A stretch of 64,000 bases of DNA. Origin: Octopus sinensis. Taxonomy: Eukaryota. The translations under genes were made by a program, and so were the position numbers. Shown here in pieces: positions 55,690 to 64,000 of the stretch. The number at the start of each line of letters is the position of its first letter. Within the stretch, counting starts at the first letter, position 1. The stretch lies in contig NC_043013.1 of the NCBI RefSeq assembly GCF_006345805.1, positions 30,442,001 to 30,506,000 on the forward strand, read 5' to 3'. A model generated the notes under the pieces. That model made no database searches and had not been told where the DNA came from. It saw only the letters and a list, made by a program, of their open reading frames with translations.

Positions 55690-55737
55690 GTCTCCGATGA
55701 ATGGATATAATAAATATCCTGCAAACAGCTGTAAGAC
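55690..55737 (+). ncRNA. Hammerhead-like motif (family H5), U4C variant
   Basis: GUCU-CCGAUGA-AU-GGAUAU aauaa AUAUCC-U-GcAAA-CAGCUG-UA-AGAC. Confidence 0.65.
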
Positions 55738-55955
55738 CTTCTATTTCTAAATGTTCTAAAATCTTCACGGATTTTTTTTTTATCTCATTCTCAAAAAAAT
55801 GTTTTTATATATACACACGCTGATATATGACCGACGTAGGACTCCTTATTCGCATAATCACCGAAGCTGGAGCTTAACTGTGGTATATCCATAACACTTA
55901 CTCAGCATTATCTGACACCTTTGGGTCTTACCGACACCATTACCTCTCACAACTT

Positions 55956-55995
<40 letters not shown>

Positions 55996-56028
55996 AAGTT
56001 ATGTATATATATATACATACATACATAA

Positions 56029-56105
<77 letters not shown>

Positions 56106-56194
56106 ATGTAATATATGTTGAATAACAGTCCGTCTAATTTCTCCGTTGGTGGTGTACTTAAACAGTCTTAATATGACATCTTATGAAATCTGAA

Positions 56195-56790
56195 AAGCCC
56201 CAAACGTTATTACATGTTCGTTATTACGAACCATTACGAGTGATGGACTTTTTTAGGCGGAATCCTCACCCTACTTTCTATTAGTGAATGATCTGTGTCA
56301 CACTCTGCACTGTGGTAACTACGGGTCAGCTGGACAGAATTTAGAAAGGATCTTCGTGTGATGATGGAATGCAACTGATGCCAGTGGTGAGATGTTGGAT
56401 GTCTCCAAGATGTCGCGTGAAATGGCTTGTTGGCAAAGTATGTGTTCGTGATGCACAGGTTATGGTATGTGAAAATTTCAAGCAGTGTCTAACCATTGTC
56501 ATTCATGTTGCCAATGCCAAAATTTCCGACACAAATGGGCCACGAGTCATGGTCAGATGTCACGGGAGCGTTAAAATTCCTAGAAGATAGATATTTTCGT
56601 TGCTTGGTATGTTTCTTTCGTTGACATGTAATGACACAGTGGACATCCTTCTAGAACTGATCCTTGGTCTCCTATTAGCTGTAGAGAGTGAGAGCATAGA
56701 TGCTCAGTAGATGTTTTGAGCCAGAAGAGCTTAAAAAGCGCAGAGAGGGGATAGGCACCCAATGAAGCAGACGGCCTGTGGTGGGTCAGT
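56195..56790 (-). mobile_element. RTE-clade LINE AP-endonuclease fragment
   Basis: FNAPV, GNMNDNG, LCITNTYF, SWRHPTSHHWHQL, RSYHSAECDTDHSL. Confidence 0.92.
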
Positions 56791-56808
56791 ACCTTATTAA
56801 CCTTATAT

Positions 56809-56873
<65 letters not shown>

Positions 56874-58069
56874 CGTACACACACATATAAGAGTATATAT
56901 GTATATGGATGTAGATCTGTGTTTATATTCGAGGGTAAGGGTATATTAGCATGCATGAGTGTTTGTGCATTTTCCCTCTATTTCGGTGCCAAGTAGGTAT
57001 ATCTGTTCGAAAGGAGATCGTATTTTTTTCTTCAAATGTGTTAAGCAAATGCCCACGTAAAAGTAAATACCTGTGTAAAAACAAAAGTGACAGTTGTCAC
57101 CTGAAATCGATTCGATGAATGATTCGTTGCGTCAAGGCTGATCTGGTGCTGAACAAAAATCACAAACGCCTACAACAACTTTTATTCATATATTTTCTAA
57201 TCTCTAACGTGGTGTGTAAGTGGATTGTCGTGTAAATTATTGAAACTCCGTCAAACACTAAAATCCTTTTTATATGTATTTGTAAATGTGGTTAATGCTT
57301 TAAAATTTAGAACTATTTTTCCACGATTCTACACCGAACATGTCTGTAGATCCTTGTGAAAGTTTTAACATTTTATCATTTGTTTACGAAAGACTTAACA
57401 GGCATATTTTTTAGATAGGCTTCTACGAAGGGAACAACATTGCCAGATAAATATTCATGAATCGTACTAACGGGTTCACCGACTAAAACGGAGTGTTTTA
57501 CTATGTTCGTGTTGTGTCAATTTGCTTACCAAACCATAAATTGATTGATCTTGTTAATGGCATTTTCGATTTTTCTGAATGCTATTAATCTTATCAATAT
57601 CCATTTACTTACATATCTTAGTAAATTCTTCAAATGCAGATAAATTTATTAGGACAGGTTTGACATCATCTGAATGTTACGTCAGAAAACTTGAAGGAGG
57701 TAAAAGAATGCAGTAAGCAGCAGGGAAAGAACCTAATACTTAAGGGATTGATTTAACATAAAAATCTGGAGTTCCTGTCACATCAAATTCATTTATTCCA
57801 CCTCAAATATAGAGATATTTCTGACACAAAAAATATTTGATTCACTAAATAAAACAAATCAAGTGATTTTATCAGGATGCAAAGTGAAGCTACATGGCCA
57901 GGCTGCAGTATGATAACTAGTTGTTTTCTCTACTTCAATTGTCAAAGCAACGCATAGCGAAACATATGCAAAATCTCATTTGTACACACATACGTGGGAA
58001 AACATCCACGCAAAAGCAGGCATACCTACATATACACACACATTCATACAAATTATATGTATATGAATG

Positions 58070-58138
<69 letters not shown>

Positions 58139-58208
58139 ATACACATAAACGTGTGTGCATGTATGTGTGTATGTATGATGTATGTATATATGTATATATG
58201 TATATACG

Positions 58209-58263
<55 letters not shown>

Positions 58264-59019
58264 ATCTTATGTATGCGTGTGTATGTATATACGGGGCTTT
58301 GTATGTGTGTGTCGTAAGGTCGTAGGAGTATATTTGATTATTGAAACGTTCAAGTTTGAAAGTATATCCTCTTCAAAGAAGGATTTTAATTATGCAAACT
58401 TTTCCCGAATGATAACTGAAATCATTGAATAAACGGAAGCACTAGTAGAAGTGAGTGATCATCAAACTTCTATCTATAAATGCAATTGACACAGTACATC
58501 GTATTTTATCGCATTTGTCTGATACAAGTTGGAAATGATATCAAGACATTTTGGTTTAAAGTAGCTTATTATTCATTTATTGTGTATTCTTGACTGCTAT
58601 CTAACACCAGACATATCTTTTCTGCAACAGATAGCTGATACATTAAATGATGCATGCCATACCATAATCGCAAACTAAAGCATTTCCTTGTAATTTTATT
58701 TCTTGAAATGATTGATGATTTTAAATATGTGATTATTGAGACAAATATCTGCAGAATAACATCACTTATATGAGCGAAATCCGTTGTAATCTGCTAAATG
58801 CATTCAAATCTTATATGCCATTCATACAGCCCTTATATGTTTGGTGTTGTAAACCAAATCCAGGAATATTTTCTTCCGGTATTATTTCAAAACTAGTGCC
58901 CCGTGCTGTCAGAAATTGATACGGATAATAACATTAAAATAAAAACATAAAAACTTTATTTCAGCAATTACTTCAGCACCACGTTTCTCGTGAAAATCCT
59001 ACTTGCCATGAGTTCGCGC

Positions 59020-59411
59020 TTTTTTGGATGGTATTAATTAATTCTTCCATTCTTTTCCTCGATTTTCTCTCTCTTTCGATTTCTCTCCTTTTTGTTGCTT
59101 CCTCTTCCGTTTCACCTTGTCGCCTTTGCGATGCTGTCGTTCTTATATATTCCTTCCTCACTGCCGCTTGCTCTTCTGTTTCATCTTGGCGCTTTTGTGC
59201 TGCTCTCCCTTTGGATATCTCTCCTTTGGGAAATTAGGTGCTCCTTTTAATTTTGACGTCTTCGAGCCTGTTATCTTGCGTCTTGCACTCGTCTCTCTTG
59301 AGATAGATTTAATAACCTTAATGCGTCCAGTTCTTGCTGAGTGAGGCTGGTTGTTCTTCGCGTTTGTCTCTCTCTGTCTAACCGTCGCCTTCTGTTTGAT
59401 TCACACTCCAT
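59020..59411 (-). pseudogene. Decayed STPR-repeat (23-aa ETxE repeats) ORF, probably a Helitron N-terminus
   Basis: ATG at 59411; units RRQN*KEHLISQRRDIQRE(fs)AAQ / KRQDETEEQAAVRKEYIRTTASQ / RRQGETEEEATKRREIERERKSR; 2 stops and 1 frameshift. Confidence 0.65.
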
Positions 59412-59450
59412 AGCAGGTGGAGTAGTATATTTAATATAAAGTTTTTAAAA

Positions 59451-59676
59451 TGCGCCCTTTTAAAGCCTAGCCAGGTTTCTATGCCGTATATGTTCCCCAG
59501 ATGGATGGGACGCCAGTCTATCACAGCGTTACTCATTTTCGCCAGCTGAGTGGACTAGAGCAAAGTGAAATGAAGTGTTTTGCTGAAGAACACAACGCAT
59601 CGCCCGGTCCAGGAATCGAAACGACAATCTTACCATCATGATGATGACACGCTAACCACTTAGCCACGCGCCTCCA
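59451..59676 (-). mobile_element. tRNA-derived SINE family D
   Basis: GGAGGCGCGTGGCTAAGTGGTTAG...GTTTCGATTCCTGGACC head; body shared with 63871-64000. Confidence 0.9.
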
Positions 59677-60379
59677 TTTATTTTCCTCCATTTATTTTCC
59701 TGTGCTTGCTATAATGTGATATATTGTATTACTTTGCTTTTTTCTGACCACCCTTACCACTAAGCCACACGCCTCCACTATTAATTAACAAACTTCAAAA
59801 GAAGTGAGTATATGTGCCTGTGTGTACGTTAGTTTGTTTATATATCTATACCTAACAATACAAAGTCCAAAATTACACAGGATTACATTAACAGCATGCA
59901 CACAGAGACTTTTTTTCCAGCAACGTCTACACGCTCTATCACTCTCTGTCTCCCTCTCTTTCACACTCTTTACCGCCTGAAAATGTAAAAAGATCTTGAA
60001 GGCAAACTTCACTGCCTTGGTAAAATTCTTCCATTATGAATATTTACAAACATCACTGTATCAACAAGTATTTGTTAATATTTATAATTACCTTCCTTAT
60101 TAACTTAGCTTTCTTTAAACAGACAATATTATCAAGCTTTCTTTTAATAGACAACAACTTCATTTTATCACTTCAACATTACTACTTATTTACTCATCTT
60201 ATATTCTATTAACTTTGAAGGTTTTTAAGGAGAAACATCTCCACAACAGTCTAACATCCATAGAGATACAGAAAAAATAATTCTGAGGTACAAAAATCTT
60301 ATTTACTCATCTTATATATTGTTATTCATGTTTTCCAGAATAAAATCAGAGTCCATGGAATAAATACGAAGTGTTGTTG

Positions 60380-60382
<3 letters not shown>

Positions 60383-60414
<32 letters not shown>

Positions 60415-60434
60415 TGTGTATGTGCGTGCCTCTG

Positions 60435-60468
<34 letters not shown>

Positions 60469-60469
60469 T

Positions 60470-60526
<57 letters not shown>

Positions 60527-60527
60527 C

Positions 60528-60612
<85 letters not shown>
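60383..60612. repeat. (GA)n and long (GATA)n microsatellite
   Basis: Direct inspection. Confidence 0.97.
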
Positions 60613-60613
<1 letters not shown>

Positions 60614-61161
60614 GGAGGAGAGAAATAGGGAGAGAGAATGAGAGAAAGAGAGAAATGCAGCATTCATTAATAAAGTGAAAAGGTATTTGTTGAGAGAGAG
60701 AGAGACTATTTTGTCTCTTCCCTTTTTTACTCTTACTTACACTCACTGCTACTCCCTTATTGCGTGATTTTGGACAAACTTATAAACAAGCTCATTATTT
60801 ATAATAGATTACTTACAGAATTTTGCGTTCCTAGTTTTAGCCGAACACATGTACAAAAATACACACACATACTCAAACGCACACACAAACACACATGCAC
60901 GCGCGCGCATGCACAGTCGCACTCACAAACAGACAGTTAGACAAACACACACACACAAACCACTGTCTGTAGTGAGAGGATTGTCCGTGCCCTGTTAATG
61001 TGATATGGCTCACATCATGAAAACATGTTTCTTTCTGTAAAGTGTTTATTTATGAAGCTGTTGTTGCTGCTGAGATGAAGATGGCGACGACAACAACGAC
61101 TACGATGATGATGATGATGATGACGATGATGATGACAATGATAATAATAACAACCCAGCAG

Positions 61162-61192
<31 letters not shown>

Positions 61193-61299
61193 AATAATAA
61201 TAATACATTACAAACCATTGAAAAAATGGAAAAAGGCAATATGGGAGACAATTACATCCCGATATCATGCATGCCACTTATGTGGAAGTTATACATGGA

Positions 61300-61976
61300 A
61301 TAGAAGAAGAGTCAATATACGAACATCTGGAAAACATGGAGTCCTGCCACATGAGCAGAAGTTGCAAGCGTAAGTGCAGAGGTAGAAAAGATCAACTCCT
61401 GGTAGATAAAACTGTACTTAGAGACTGCAATAGGAGGAAAACTAACTTAGCTATGTCATGGATCGATTAGAATAGGAAACCAGACCTAATGGTGATTGAG
61501 AAAATAATAATGCAAAGATCCTATGGGATTTTATTATTTATTGCGACCATCAGTTAGAGATTAAGAAGCCAGGCATAGCGTTAATTGAGAATGTAAATAA
61601 ACGATGCTGGATCATAGATACAGCAAGCCCAGCTCACAACAAGGTATGCGATAAGGAAGAAAGGAAAGTCGATAGATTTGGTCGGTTAGCTTGAGAGGTT
61701 AAGAAGTTGCGGTCGCTGAAAAAGGTGGTAGTCAGAGCCCTGTGAACAGTGAGTAATAATTGTCAGAGCCCTGTTAAGAGCAAGCAAAAATCTTGAGAGT
61801 ACATGGGAAAATAGGGGTTGCAATAAAGGAGGAACAGTTGCAGAAAACAGCACTGCTTGGAACCGCTCGAATACTCCGGAAGGTGGTAAAAAAATAAGAG
61901 GTGTTACTTTATTTCACTTGTAGTGAACAACTGGCACCGTAGTACATCTCCAGGGTTAGAAGCCGTGCAGAATCAA
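61300..61976 (+). mobile_element. Internally deleted R4/Dong-type element (RT start joined to RLE) with 3' UTR
   Basis: YEHLE, RGRKDQLLVDK..NLAMSWID, then KILWDF, KKP, WIID, LQKTALLGTARILRKV; ends in (TAA)n. Confidence 0.88.
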
Positions 61977-62009
61977 TAAATAATAATAATAATCTTTTAA
62001 TATTTGAAA

Positions 62010-62645
<636 letters not shown>

Positions 62646-62702
62646 TATGTTTTCATACTTGTTAAGGCTGTAACTATCCATCCATCCATCCATCCATCCA
62701 TC

Positions 62703-62789
<87 letters not shown>

Positions 62790-62790
<1 letters not shown>

Positions 62791-63478
62791 GGGCGTGATA
62801 ACGACCAGGGTGGCAACTTCCACTCAGCAATAGGCCGAGAGGAAGCCATCCCTAAAAGGTCTGGCGGAGGTGACGAACGCGTACATCTCATCCGTCATCG
62901 ATTACCATCTGGCCATCGTGCCTTTTCCCGACCCTACCATCACCAAACTGGAACGCATATTCTTCTGCCTTTTGTGGAAGGGAAACGTTTCGATGGTTAG
63001 GCGATTCATTTGCTGTCAACACCCGCTAAATGGAGGGCTAGGCATGCCGTGGTTGATGATGCGCAGACATGCACCACGACCGCGACATCTCCGGCGCTTC
63101 ATGTCCGAACTGCAGTTGTGGATGAAACAGAGTCCGAAGCTAGGCGAGTGCCGCCTTGCTCTCAAGCAACTCTGTCGTCCAAGATCAAATTTGTGTGACT
63201 TCAATTCCACAAAGTCTTTCTGTAGAGGATTAGTGGAGGGGAGGTGCGACGACGTTCTCGGACAGAATCTGGGCGTCGACGAGGAATACCTAACCCGCCT
63301 GTTCGGGCCGGGACTTATGGACAATCACTAGAGATTCCTGGCCTGGCAGTCTTATCGAGAAGCATTAACCGTTCGGAATAAGCTCTGCAGGAACGGTTCG
63401 AGATACACAGGACCGACTTGCCCGTGATGCCGTCAAAGTGACGAAAACGTTGTGCACGCACTCGTGTAGTGTCCACAT
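62790..63478 (+). mobile_element. L1/Tx1-clade LINE fragment related to 1384-2905
   Basis: RKPSLKGLAEVTNAYIS..., LLWKG..VRR..QHPLNGGLGMP; follows (TCTA)n. Confidence 0.9.
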
Positions 63479-63753
63479 TGACGTACACATACACATTTTT
63501 TGTAAATTCTAAAAATATATCTCCTTCTGTGTGTGTGTATATATATACTACCAAACAAACCTGATTTTTATTGAACACAAAATTCTATTTGGAGTCCCGT
63601 CCTAATTACTTTTTTTAAATATTAAGGTATGCTTACACCCAAACAACCCTTGTTCTATTGGTGGTGACACCGTCGGATTGAATGATACCGCCCAGGTGTC
63701 GAAACCATTGTGATATGTAAACATGTGTGTGTATGTAAGTACGTATATATATG

Positions 63754-63811
<58 letters not shown>

Positions 63812-63870
63812 TGTATGTATGCATATATAACAATGACGGGCATAATTTTTCTCAGTATGTTCTAGCGGTT

Positions 63871-64000
63871 GTGGAGGCGCATTGCATACTGGTTAGGGTG
63901 TCAACATCATGATCTTAAGATTGTGGTTTCGATTCCCAGACCGGCCGACACGTTGTGTTCTTCAGCAAAACACTTCATTCCACATTGCTCCAGTCCTCTC
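63871..64000 (+). mobile_element. SINE family D, cut by window end
   Basis: Homologous to the reverse complement of 59550-59676. Confidence 0.88.

Overview
AT-rich, microsatellite-saturated eukaryotic non-coding DNA. The SINE families and repeat content suggest a coleoid cephalopod such as Octopus; this is inference, not verified. I found no intact host gene. Nearly all ORF-track entries are microsatellite translations or transposon debris. The window contains: four tRNA-derived SINE families; about ten fragments of restriction-like-endonuclease (R4/Dong-type) non-LTR retrotransposons sitting in (TAA)n arrays; L1/Tx1 and RTE fragments; hAT-like and Tc1/maT DNA transposon relics; and a decayed STPR-repeat (probably Helitron) ORF. 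The most striking unannotated signal is a set of about six sequence-unrelated short repeat families that each carry a minimal type-I hammerhead ribozyme. Each has a CUGANGA...GAAA..UH core, short stems I and II and a palindromic loop III, as in Penelope-like element pLTRs and retrozymes. They include U4C and A6U core variants and one compensatory stem change. Several occur as divergent inverted pairs, putting a hammerhead on each strand. Several other 200-400 bp foldbacks share that geometry.
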